This document shows positions 54,092-62,734 of a stretch of 64,000 bases of DNA, piece after piece. The DNA is from Microcystaceae cyanobacterium (lineage in GTDB: Bacteria; Cyanobacteriota; Cyanobacteriia; Cyanobacteriales; Microcystaceae): positions 9,991 through 73,990 of the forward strand of contig JBGTGT010000022.1 of the NCBI GenBank assembly GCA_041746575.1, in the 5' to 3' direction. The translations under genes and the position numbers were made by a program. Under the pieces are notes generated by a model. That model saw only the letters and a program-made list of their open reading frames with translations, was not told the DNA's origin and did not search any database. Numbering within the stretch: the stretch's first letter is position 1; the number at the start of each line of letters is the position of its first letter.

Positions 54092-54467
54092 GAGCAGGAT
54101 TTTTAGAATTAACAGATAAATATGATGATATATTTAAATCAATTTTTTAAATGCTTAAGAGAGATAAAACGTTGAGAATGAAATTCTATCTCGACTAAGA
54201 GTAGCCAGAGTTTGATTAACTTCAGATCTTAACTTATCAAGCTGTTCCACTTCAAGAAATTTTTAAAATGTTTCCAAGTCTCTTACACTTTTTGAAAAAT
54301 AGTATGAGCCAATTGACTCAACGAGCTCTCAACAAAAAATAATGAAATCAGCATGAAATTAGATTATTCCTAGAGATATAAATTTTATTTGACCCTTAAG
54401 ATAGATCAATTAATTTATTCTTTTTTATAAGATCTAGACAAGAAAAGATAAGTAAGAAAAAAAGATT

Positions 54468-54803
54468 ATGCTATTAGTTCACGAAAAGTATCAATCCAGT
54501 TTTGATGTGGCGATGAAATGTGCCATAGAGTGTGAACATTGTGCCGAAGCCTGTATGGGTAATCCTGATATGCTCAAATGCGCTCGTAATTGTTTAGATT
54601 GTGCGGAAATTTGCCGTGCTATTTCTCTATTTATGGTACGAGGATCTCGCTTTATTGCCCCCCTAAGCAAAGCCTGCGCTGAGATTTGTCAAGCCTGTGC
54701 TGATGAATGTAGTTCTCACGATATGGATCACTGTAAAAAATGCGCTCAAGCCTGTAACGAAGCCGTCAAAGAATATCAAAAAATCGCTGCTGTAGCCGCC
54801 TAA
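54468..54803 (+). CDS. Cys-rich four-helix copper storage protein (Csp3/DUF326-like)
   Basis: Repeated CxxxCxxC motifs, HCKKCAQAC, no signal peptide. Confidence 0.88.
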   Translation: MLLVHEKYQSSFDVAMKCAIECEHCAEACMGNPDMLKCARNCLDCAEICRAISLFMVRGSRFIAPLSKACAEICQACADECSSHDMDHCKKCAQACNEAVKEYQKIAAVAA

Positions 54804-54910
54804 AAAATCACTGAAAGGCGGAAAGATAAAAATAGACTTCTTTTTCTGTCTTCCCTTGATAATTTTAGCATCGCTAAGCAACGGGAGTCGTATTAAAAGA
54901 GGAATTCGAC

Positions 54911-54960
54911 ATGAAACCCTATACTCGCTTAATGATTGCGCTTTGGGTTTCTTACTTTAC
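54911..54960 (+). pseudogene. Possible N-terminal remnant of a DUF305 gene
   Basis: RBS gagg, then MKPYTRLMIALWVSYF, resembling the first helix of TM-DUF305 proteins. Confidence 0.45.
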
Positions 54961-55120
54961 GGAAAATCTTGGTATAATAGATAGTTATTTTGGCTGGAAT
55001 TAATGTTACTTTTTGGGAATACTAAGATTGTCGCCAGCCACGAAAAAGCTAATCGAGGAGCGTAGCGACTGCGGTTGAGCTAGTCCGTTAGATCACCTTC
55101 GACATAAGGAGCTATATATA

Positions 55121-55678
55121 ATGAATCAGCAAAAGCAGATGATGGGCATGAGCTGGGGCCGCTTTGCGGCGATGATCGCGATCTCGACCTTCATCATGTT
55201 CTTCTTGATGTATCAGCTCATCTACTCACTTGACCACGCAATGTTTAGTGTGAACCGGCTGATTGCTTCATTGGTGATGGGGTGCGTCATGACTGTCGTG
55301 ATGCTAGGCTTCATGTGGTCGATGTACAGAGGAAAGGTAACCAAAATCGCCGTTCTCGCCGTGGCCACACTAATCGGCGTCATCCTACTGTCCGTGAATA
55401 GGAGTCAGTCCCTAATCGAAGACCTCAACTTCATGCGGTCGATGATCCCCCATCACTCAATTGCTATCAACAACGCGCGGAAGGCGAGCATTAGTGACCC
55501 ACGTGTCCGTAAGCTGGCGGACGAAATAATTGAGTCTCAGGTCCGCGAAATAGCCGAGATGAAGTTGCTCATTGACGATATTGCGCGCAATGGCGAACGA
55601 GGCACAACCGAGCTTCCCGCTCGCTCCGCTGAAGTGACTCCCGAGATGGAACTCAAGATTAAGAAAGCAGTGCAGTAA
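55121..55678 (+). CDS. DUF305 family membrane-anchored ferritin-like protein (GC-rich, foreign-looking)
   Basis: Three TMs, [32 protein letters not shown] taaggag. Confidence 0.88.
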   Translation: MNQQKQMMGMSWGRFAAMIAISTFIMFFLMYQLIYSLDHAMFSVNRLIASLVMGCVMTVVMLGFMWSMYRGKVTKIAVLAVATLIGVILLSVNRSQSLIEDLNFMRSMIPHHSIAINNARKASISDPRVRKLADEIIESQVREIAEMKLLIDDIARNGERGTTELPARSAEVTPEMELKIKKAVQ

Positions 55679-56055
55679 TGAGTGAGCGGGTTGCGTCAGA
55701 GTCCGCACCCGGAGAGGTGAGCGTTGCTGAATACTGTGTGGGTCAACTAACAACAGAAACCGTTTTAAATCTTAAATAGTGCATTAACAGCCGAACTGAA
55801 TACTTTAATATTTTCTCTGATTTTGAGTAATATAAAGTTTTCCTATGCAATCTAGCTAAATAGTGTCTTAGTCGTGTATTTTCTCCTTCTATCCTCGTTA
55901 CACAAGTTTTGGGGCTCACTCTATGTCTTTCTGGTTCAATGTAAATCGCCTAAATACAGTATCCATCGGTTAAAAACCTTCGAGTGATAGTGAAATAAAT
56001 CTGTTGAAAGATAAATGAATGACGTAAAGATTATAGCTGAACAAATAATTGAAGC

Positions 56056-56157
56056 TGCTTCTAACGCTTTCTATTGGAAACACTCATGTTGTGGGGCGAT
56101 AACCGTTCATCGAACCAGCGATGAGAAGGTTTTCTAGAACTGAAAGCGTTAGAAGCA
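56056..56157. repeat. 102-bp imperfect palindrome with 16-bp perfect ends (attC-like or MITE)
   Basis: tgcttctaacgctttc and gaaagcgttagaagca; inner ctcat/atgag. Confidence 0.75.
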
Positions 56158-56250
56158 TCGTTGACCAATCCACGTATCCAAGAATTATGCACTCAGATTG
56201 TGGAAACCCAAGAATGGGAAATAAAGATAATGAAACAACTTATGGAATAA
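56152..56250 (+). pseudogene. C-terminal remnant of a second DUF305 gene
   Basis: EASLTNPRIQELCTQIVETQEWEIKIMKQLME* aligns without gaps to [31 protein letters not shown]. Confidence 0.75.
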
Positions 56251-56340
56251 ACGAAGTAGGTCATATTTTTAGATAATAGGGGAACGATGCTATCTCTTTA
56301 GTTTTAATAATATCTATGCAGAAGATTTAGCCCAAAACAA

Positions 56341-57363
56341 TTAAAAGGTACTCATTCGTTCAATCACCCAGAAAGCAGATATGGCACCAATCGCATAGGG
56401 AGCGAGCCAACCGACCCATTCGGGATAACGTCCTCGCTTAAAAACAAAAATAATCGCTAAAACGACAAATACAAAAGATAATTGACCAATTTCAACCCCC
56501 GTATTAAATAATAGTAACGCAAGGGGAATATCCTCCTGCGGTAATCCTGCCTCAGTTAACGCTCCCGCAAAACCGAATCCATGCAAAAGTCCGAAGATTA
56601 ACGCCACAACCCAAGGATAACGCGCTGTGAGTCCAATTGTGCCAAGGCGACGATAGGCTAATTCTCTGGCTAAAAATAGGATACTTAGGGCAATAATCGC
56701 TTCTACGGGGGCTTGGGGTACCGTCACAATCCCTAAGGTTGCCGCTCCCAAGGTGACGCTATGAGCAAGGGTAAAGGCAGTAATTGTCTTAAACAATAAC
56801 CAACCTTGAGAAACCAGCAAAACTAAACCCAGAACGAATAAAAGGTGGTCATATCCTGTTAAGATATGCTGAATTCCTAAGTTTAAATAAGACCAAGCAA
56901 TTTGCGGACGAGAACCTCTAGCAGGAATATTGTAACTAGGGTTAGAAGCCCGTAAAACCGCTAAATAAGTTAAACCCTCTAAGGTATCTAAGCGAAACAA
57001 AACATCATTCAAAGCAGATTCCAAACCATTAATTCTAATCTTTTGACCATAAAGTCCTCTTTCTCCACAATTAACTCGCCAACGCTTCAACATTGCTTCT
57101 GACGGATAATACGTCACTTCTGGGGTAATGACTTTGCACATATCTGGCAGTTGCGGTGATTCATTAAGGGGGATGGACGAGCCTTCGCCGACAAAAGGCA
57201 CTTTCCACGAGACGTCAAACTGTCCTCGTTCGGTTTCTTGTAAATTAAGATAAGCCGGTTGTAGGGCATGGGCGTTAACGGGTTTAACTGAAAAGCAAAG
57301 GTACAATAAGATAAGCAGTCCTAACGTGGATGAGAGTTTAAGAAATCTTAAAAAATTAGCCAT
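56341..57363 (-). CDS. HupE/UreJ family membrane protein
   Basis: LGIQHILTGYDHLLF, FTLAHSVT, FGLLHGFGFA, FNTGVEIGQ. Confidence 0.9.
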   Translation of the reverse strand: MANFLRFLKLSSTLGLLILLYLCFSVKPVNAHALQPAYLNLQETERGQFDVSWKVPFVGEGSSIPLNESPQLPDMCKVITPEVTYYPSEAMLKRWRVNCGERGLYGQKIRINGLESALNDVLFRLDTLEGLTYLAVLRASNPSYNIPARGSRPQIAWSYLNLGIQHILTGYDHLLFVLGLVLLVSQGWLLFKTITAFTLAHSVTLGAATLGIVTVPQAPVEAIIALSILFLARELAYRRLGTIGLTARYPWVVALIFGLLHGFGFAGALTEAGLPQEDIPLALLLFNTGVEIGQLSFVFVVLAIIFVFKRGRYPEWVGWLAPYAIGAISAFWVIERMSTF

Positions 57364-58321
57364 TTTCCTTGATAAATTGCTTTATGTAGGGATAATTCTC
57401 TGAAACAGTCTGATCCAGTTGAATAGTATAGCGATCGCGTAATTGTTGATAAAATTGTCGCTTAACCATTGCTCTCTGCTCATCTTTTAAACGACTGCGA
57501 ATATCGTCCTTATTTTCAGCAAAATTTGCCGGTTTTTCAGGAATTTTTAGGTCAATTTTTACCAAATGCCAGCCATATTCAGAGTAAATCGGACCTTGCC
57601 ATTGGTCAGATTTTAGGGCAAAAAGCGTGTCAGCAAAAGAATTCCCAAACAATTGAGCCACTTCCGTCGGATCTATGAGAATATAATCATGATTAAGTGA
57701 GAAGCGATCGCCTAAAGCAGAAATTCCATCAGCGAGAGAGGGATGAGATTTCAGTTGTTTCAAGACTTTTTCTGCATCTTCTTGCGTGTTTTCACCCCGT
57801 TGATCAGGATTAAAGAAGATTTGACGAAAACTTAGCTTAGGCAATTCTCTAAATTCTCCTTGATGCGCCTCAAAATAAGCCCTTAACTCGTTGTCTGTCG
57901 GTTCATGCGGAGGGGTCATATCTTGGGAGAGAAAATCTAATTTTTGGGCTAACCAACGGCGAATCATCAGATCATCTTGATCTAATCCCATATTAATTGC
58001 TTCTCGGTAGAAAATTTCTTCTTTTAGGTAAGTTTCAATTAAGCTGGCTAATTCTGACGCCGTGGGAGGTTTACGCCATTGAGTTTCCCAAGCTGTTGCG
58101 AGACGATTGACTAAGGAAGGTGAAATCAAAATCTGATGCGTCGTCTCTGTCGGCTGAAAAACAGTATAAACGCCAAAAATAAACGCCCCTATCAGTAAAA
58201 AATGAACCAGAGGTTCTCTAATAAGGGCTATTAGCCCTCGATAAACGGCAGGGATCGACATTTCTGTGGATACTTTGCAATTTTCTTGACTACTCGTCGA
58301 AGGTACGTCGTTCATAAGCAT
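57356..58321 (-). CDS. Parvulin-type PPIase-like membrane-anchored protein
   Basis: REPLVHFLLIG, EEIFYREA..GLD..D..IRR, WQGPIYSEYGWHLV. Confidence 0.82.
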   Translation of the reverse strand: MLMNDVPSTSSQENCKVSTEMSIPAVYRGLIALIREPLVHFLLIGAFIFGVYTVFQPTETTHQILISPSLVNRLATAWETQWRKPPTASELASLIETYLKEEIFYREAINMGLDQDDLMIRRWLAQKLDFLSQDMTPPHEPTDNELRAYFEAHQGEFRELPKLSFRQIFFNPDQRGENTQEDAEKVLKQLKSHPSLADGISALGDRFSLNHDYILIDPTEVAQLFGNSFADTLFALKSDQWQGPIYSEYGWHLVKIDLKIPEKPANFAENKDDIRSRLKDEQRAMVKRQFYQQLRDRYTIQLDQTVSENYPYIKQFIKENG

Positions 58322-58496
58322 TATTTGTCAAAGATTACCCAGATCACAGCCCATTGCAAGCCACTGTCATCTAGTTTACCTTTATTATTCTCTATTCTTA
58401 ATCGAGATTGACCCGCTTTAAGGATTTTTTGGATTTTAATTCCCCCATTCCCTATTTCTCATTGCGAGCGGCTTTTTACGGCGAGCTTAATCTTAT

Positions 58497-58517
58497 TCAT
58501 AAAAAAAAATTATATGA
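58497..58517. promoter_or_regulatory. Possible LysR-type box upstream of bicA
   Basis: ATA-N9-TAT (T-N11-A, 58500-58512) inside tcata...tatga; second palindrome atagaa...ttctat at 58561-58591; AT-rich so weak. Confidence 0.35.
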
Positions 58518-58631
58518 CCAGCCAAGACAAATCTCTCTTTCCCTGATATGATTCATATTCATAGAATAAAACAAATGATTGTTTGTTCTATTAACGACTT
58601 TTATAAATGAAAAAACGACGATTAATTGATC

Positions 58632-60335
58632 ATGCAGCAACTCAATCTGATTAACTTTAAGAACTTACGAGGGGATATCTTTGGGGGTGTCACTGCCGCC
58701 ATCGTTTCTCTTCCCATTGCGTTAGCGTTCGGTGTCGCCTCTGGCGCAGGGGCAACGGCAGGCTTATATGGGGCTGTTTTAGTGGGCTTTTTTGCCGCTT
58801 TATTTGGGGGAACTCCGACCCTGATTTCTGAACCGACGGGGCCGATGACAGTGGTTATTACAGGGGTAATCGCCAGTTTAGTGGCAAGAGATCCCGAAAA
58901 TGGGCTATCAATGGCTTTCGCCGTGATCATTCTGGCTGGGATTTTCCAAATCATCTTTGGTTCACTACGGTTGGGCAAATATATCACGATGATGCCCTAT
59001 TCAGTAATTTCGGGCTTTATGTCGGGGATTGGGGTCATTCTGATTATCTTGCAAATTCCTCCTTTTCTAGGTCATGCTAGTCCTAAAGGCGGAGTTTTAG
59101 GGGCATTGAAAGCCTTTCCCGAATTAATCAGCACCTTGAATCCATTGGAAACGATTTTAGGAGCCATGACGATCGCCTTAATTTTTCTGACGCCGAGTAA
59201 GGTGAAGCGGTTAATTCCCCCGCAATTGATTGCCTTAATTGTAGGAACAGTGGTTTCATTGGTATTCTTTGGCGATAGCGATATCCGGCGAATTGGCGAA
59301 ATTACGGCGGGGTTACCCAGTTTCCGAATGCCTTTCTTCTCCATTGATCAAATACAATTAATGATCATTAATGGTGCGGTTTTAGGGATGCTAGGGTGTA
59401 TTGATTCCCTCTTAACCTCCGTCATTGCTGATAGCTTGACTCAAACGGAACATAATTCTAATAAAGAGTTAATTGGTCAAGGGATTGGTAATATTATGTC
59501 CGGATTGTTCGGTGGCTTACCTGGCGCAGGGGCAACGATGGGAACGGTGGTCAATATTCAAACAGGGGCAAAAACGGCAGTATCTGGTTTAACTCGTGCG
59601 ATTATCCTATTAATTGTCGTGGTTTGGGCGGCAGGACTTACCCGCAGTATCCCCCTAGCGGTCTTAGCAGGGATTGCCTTAAAAGTCGGTATTGATATTA
59701 TTGACTGGAAATTCCTCAAACGGGCGCATTATTTATCGTTAAAAACCGCAGCTATCATGTACTGTGTGATGGCATTGACCGTCTTTGTTGACTTGATTGT
59801 AGCAGTGGGTGTTGGGGTTTTCATCGCCAATATTCTCACGATTAACCGTTTAGCAGAGATTCAAGAAGATGCAGTCAAATCGATCGACCATCACGAAGGC
59901 GAAGACGCAGAAATTCTGAGTATAGAAGGAAAAGAGTTATTAAAAGAAGCAAACGGTAAAATCTTAATCCTTGACTTAGGAGGGCCGATGAGCTTCGGTG
60001 CAGCTAAAGCGATTACGCAACGTCAAACGATTTTAGACCAATATAAGGTATTAATTTTGGATTTGACCAAAGTTCCTTTATTAGGGGTAACGGCAACGCT
60101 AGCACTCGAAAAACTGATTGATGATGCTTACCGTCAAGCTTTAGACGTGTATATCGTCGGCAGTGATGGCAAAATTCAGAAACGTCTGCAACGCTTTAAT
60201 ATTTTAGACCGTATTCCCCATCAAAATCGCATGAGAACCCGTGTTGAGGCTTTACGTCAAGCCGTTGTCAGTATCAACGGGGGAGTATCTCCCGAAACAC
60301 TTGCTACTGTCGAATCCAACAACAGCGTGATTTAA
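58632..60335 (+). CDS. bicA: SulP/SLC26 bicarbonate transporter (BicA-type)
   Basis: RGDIFGGVTAAIVSLP, ISEPTGPMT, LGCIDSLLT, PGAGATMGTVVNI, STAS domain. Confidence 0.88.
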   Translation: MQQLNLINFKNLRGDIFGGVTAAIVSLPIALAFGVASGAGATAGLYGAVLVGFFAALFGGTPTLISEPTGPMTVVITGVIASLVARDPENGLSMAFAVIILAGIFQIIFGSLRLGKYITMMPYSVISGFMSGIGVILIILQIPPFLGHASPKGGVLGALKAFPELISTLNPLETILGAMTIALIFLTPSKVKRLIPPQLIALIVGTVVSLVFFGDSDIRRIGEITAGLPSFRMPFFSIDQIQLMIINGAVLGMLGCIDSLLTSVIADSLTQTEHNSNKELIGQGIGNIMSGLFGGLPGAGATMGTVVNIQTGAKTAVSGLTRAIILLIVVVWAAGLTRSIPLAVLAGIALKVGIDIIDWKFLKRAHYLSLKTAAIMYCVMALTVFVDLIVAVGVGVFIANILTINRLAEIQEDAVKSIDHHEGEDAEILSIEGKELLKEANGKILILDLGGPMSFGAAKAITQRQTILDQYKVLILDLTKVPLLGVTATLALEKLIDDAYRQALDVYIVGSDGKIQKRLQRFNILDRIPHQNRMRTRVEALRQAVVSINGGVSPETLATVESNNSVI

Positions 60336-60481
60336 TTTGAGGTAAGACGTTAGGTTCTAGGTGTTAGGTTTTTAAGTAAGATTAAATAGACACTGTTCTC
60401 ACCTAGACCTATCTTCTTTCTCCGGTCTTCAGCCTTAAATTTTTGTCCTGTCTTTAAGTATTTTTATTCAGTTATCGTCTT

Positions 60482-60946
60482 ATGAAAATCGAGCGCAAAA
60501 ACGGTCTTAATTTAATTAGAAAAACGTTGAGCGATGATAACTTTCTAAAATTAATTAAACGGGGAGAAAATATTTTTTCAAAAATTCTTTCTTTGGCTTT
60601 ATTGTCCGTTATTGTTGTTTCAATTTTTGATTTAGTATTAATTTTAATCCGTGATCTTTTTTCAAACCCTGTGGGTTTTTTTGAAAAAACAATTATTGAT
60701 ATTTTTGGCTTGTTTTTGAATATTTTAATTGCTTTAGAGTTATTAGAAAATATTGCTGTTTATTTAAAAAAACACGTTGTTCAAGTTGAATTAGTGATTA
60801 TTACCTCTTTAATTGCTGTTGCTCGTAAAATTATTATTTTTGATTTCAGTAAATATAGCGAACTTCACTTGTTAGCTTTAGCGGTGGCTATTTTATCCTT
60901 ATCTATCAGTTATTGGCTAGTGAAACGCTTATCTTCTAAAGTTTGA
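60482..60946 (+). CDS. PsiE family membrane protein
   Basis: LNILIALELLENI..Y, TSLIAVARKIII. Confidence 0.85.
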   Translation: MKIERKNGLNLIRKTLSDDNFLKLIKRGENIFSKILSLALLSVIVVSIFDLVLILIRDLFSNPVGFFEKTIIDIFGLFLNILIALELLENIAVYLKKHVVQVELVIITSLIAVARKIIIFDFSKYSELHLLALAVAILSLSISYWLVKRLSSKV

Positions 60947-61012
60947 TTAACGTTTAATTTAACGGTACAATAAGAAACTTATTGAGTTAATCGGTCAAAT
61001 CAGCTTTTATAT

Positions 61013-61858
61013 ATGCCTTATAATCAAGAAATTAGTCGTGCAACCCCCGCTTATGTCGTTGTCCTTATTGATCAATCATTTTCAATGTGTTATCCCTATG
61101 GGTCTAAAATGGGAACAAAAGCCAAGGAATGTGCGATGGCAGTCAATCGGGTGTTGCGAGAAATCGTGTTAGCCTGTACGGACGGCGAAGAAATCAAAAA
61201 TAGTTTTGAGATATCAGTTTTGGGGTACGGTAAGGAAAAAGACAAAGCAACTAACGCTTTTTTGGGGTTTTTAGCCACAAAGCCTATTGTAACTATGCAA
61301 GAGTTAATTGAGCATTGTCCTAGAGTAGAAACCTTCCCACGTCAAGTTGCCGATGGGGCAGGAGGTTGGGTGGAAATTGAAGACCAAATTCCGGTGTGGA
61401 TTGAACCTTCGGCAGTGGGAGAAACCCCGATGGCAGAGGGATTCGAGATGGCAAGTATTTTAGTCAAAGAATGGATTAATGCTCACCCTATCAGTTTTCC
61501 GCCGATTGTTATTAATATTACGGATGGAGAAGCGAATTCTCTCCCTAAGGCAAAAGCAGGGGCAGAATATCTGACTCAATTAGCCACAGAAGATGGAAAT
61601 ACCTTACTGCTCAATGCCCATATTGCAGAAGGGAGGGAAACAGAATTCATCTTACCTGCAACACCAGAACAATTGCCAGAAAACGATAGCTATGCGCACT
61701 TTTTATACGAAATTTCCAGTATTTTACCTCCTTTAATGCTAGAAAGAGCGGCGGCGGCGGGTTGGAATCCCCAGCCTTTTGCCCGCGGATTCGTCTATAA
61801 AGCAAAACTAGAAACGCTGATTCAGTTATTAGAGATTGGAACAAAAGCAGAATTTTGA
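61013..61858 (+). CDS. vWA domain protein (TerY-like)
   Basis: MIDAS LIDQSFSM, GETPM, NITDGE. Confidence 0.88.
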   Translation: MPYNQEISRATPAYVVVLIDQSFSMCYPYGSKMGTKAKECAMAVNRVLREIVLACTDGEEIKNSFEISVLGYGKEKDKATNAFLGFLATKPIVTMQELIEHCPRVETFPRQVADGAGGWVEIEDQIPVWIEPSAVGETPMAEGFEMASILVKEWINAHPISFPPIVINITDGEANSLPKAKAGAEYLTQLATEDGNTLLLNAHIAEGRETEFILPATPEQLPENDSYAHFLYEISSILPPLMLERAAAAGWNPQPFARGFVYKAKLETLIQLLEIGTKAEF

Positions 61859-62601
61859 GTTTAATGGAAATTATTACGTTTTCTGAGCCTAAAATAGGGG
61901 AATCTTCCCGTACCAATCAAGATTACTTTGCCTTCAACCCAGAAGGAAACTTAATCGCCCTATCCGATGGGGCTGGTTCATCTTTGTATCCTAGACAATG
62001 GGCAGAAATTTTGGTCAATACCTTTTGTCGAAGTGCCGAGAATCCTATTGAAGTTATGAAACAATCTCATCAAAATTGGTTAAACTTGCCTCGACAGCAA
62101 TGGCAGCAATACTATATCCAAAAATTAACAGATTCTACCCTAAAATGGTGGCAAAAAGGGTCTGAGTTAAAAAACTACGGAGCGGCTACCTTTTTGGGGT
62201 TAAGCTTACACTTTCCATCCCAACAGTGGCAAGCGGTGGCATTAGGGGATAGTTGTTTATTCAAATTAACAGTAGAAACCGGCGATTTAACAGTTTTTCC
62301 GCAAAAAACTGCCGAAGATTTTCAAAGTGTTACCCAATGTTTCATTAGTTCTCCTGATATTACCTCATTCCCTCCCCAATTGATTGAAGGACGTTATCAA
62401 GCAGGAGATGCTTTTCTTTTAGCAACCGATGCTCTATGTCAATGGATACTGAGAAATTATGAAAATCAAGGACAAGATTGGCAAAAATGCTTGACCCTAA
62501 GAAAATCTGAAGAATTCAGTGAAATGTTAACTCAATTAAGGCAAGATAAATTAATTAAAAATGATGATACAACCTTGATGATTATTAAAGTTAACGAATA
62601 A
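61855..62601 (+). CDS. PP2C-like phosphatase
   Basis: NQD, ALSDGAG, LGDS, LATDAL, DDTT. Confidence 0.88.
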   Translation: MSLMEIITFSEPKIGESSRTNQDYFAFNPEGNLIALSDGAGSSLYPRQWAEILVNTFCRSAENPIEVMKQSHQNWLNLPRQQWQQYYIQKLTDSTLKWWQKGSELKNYGAATFLGLSLHFPSQQWQAVALGDSCLFKLTVETGDLTVFPQKTAEDFQSVTQCFISSPDITSFPPQLIEGRYQAGDAFLLATDALCQWILRNYENQGQDWQKCLTLRKSEEFSEMLTQLRQDKLIKNDDTTLMIIKVNE

Positions 62602-62734
62602 GTCGCTAAAGTTTGGAACTTGAGAAGCCTTAATTAATTCTTCTCTCATAGGCAAAATATCGTATTTTTCAAAATCACGAGGTGCATTTTCATTCAATTA
62701 TTTGTTCCCTGTTTTCCATTACCCGTTTCCTATT

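Noticed and set aside
54180..54345. Coding-like stretch after glsF
   Set aside because: Interrupted by stops, with no identifiable homology
60349..60412. Heptamer runs (gttaggt; also cagtaac near 26665 and tgttccc near 62703)
   Set aside because: Ordinary short cyanobacterial tandem repeats, two to three degenerate units
356..61916. Many 60-120 aa alternate-frame or antisense ORFs in the track
   Set aside because: They overlap well-supported genes and show no motifs
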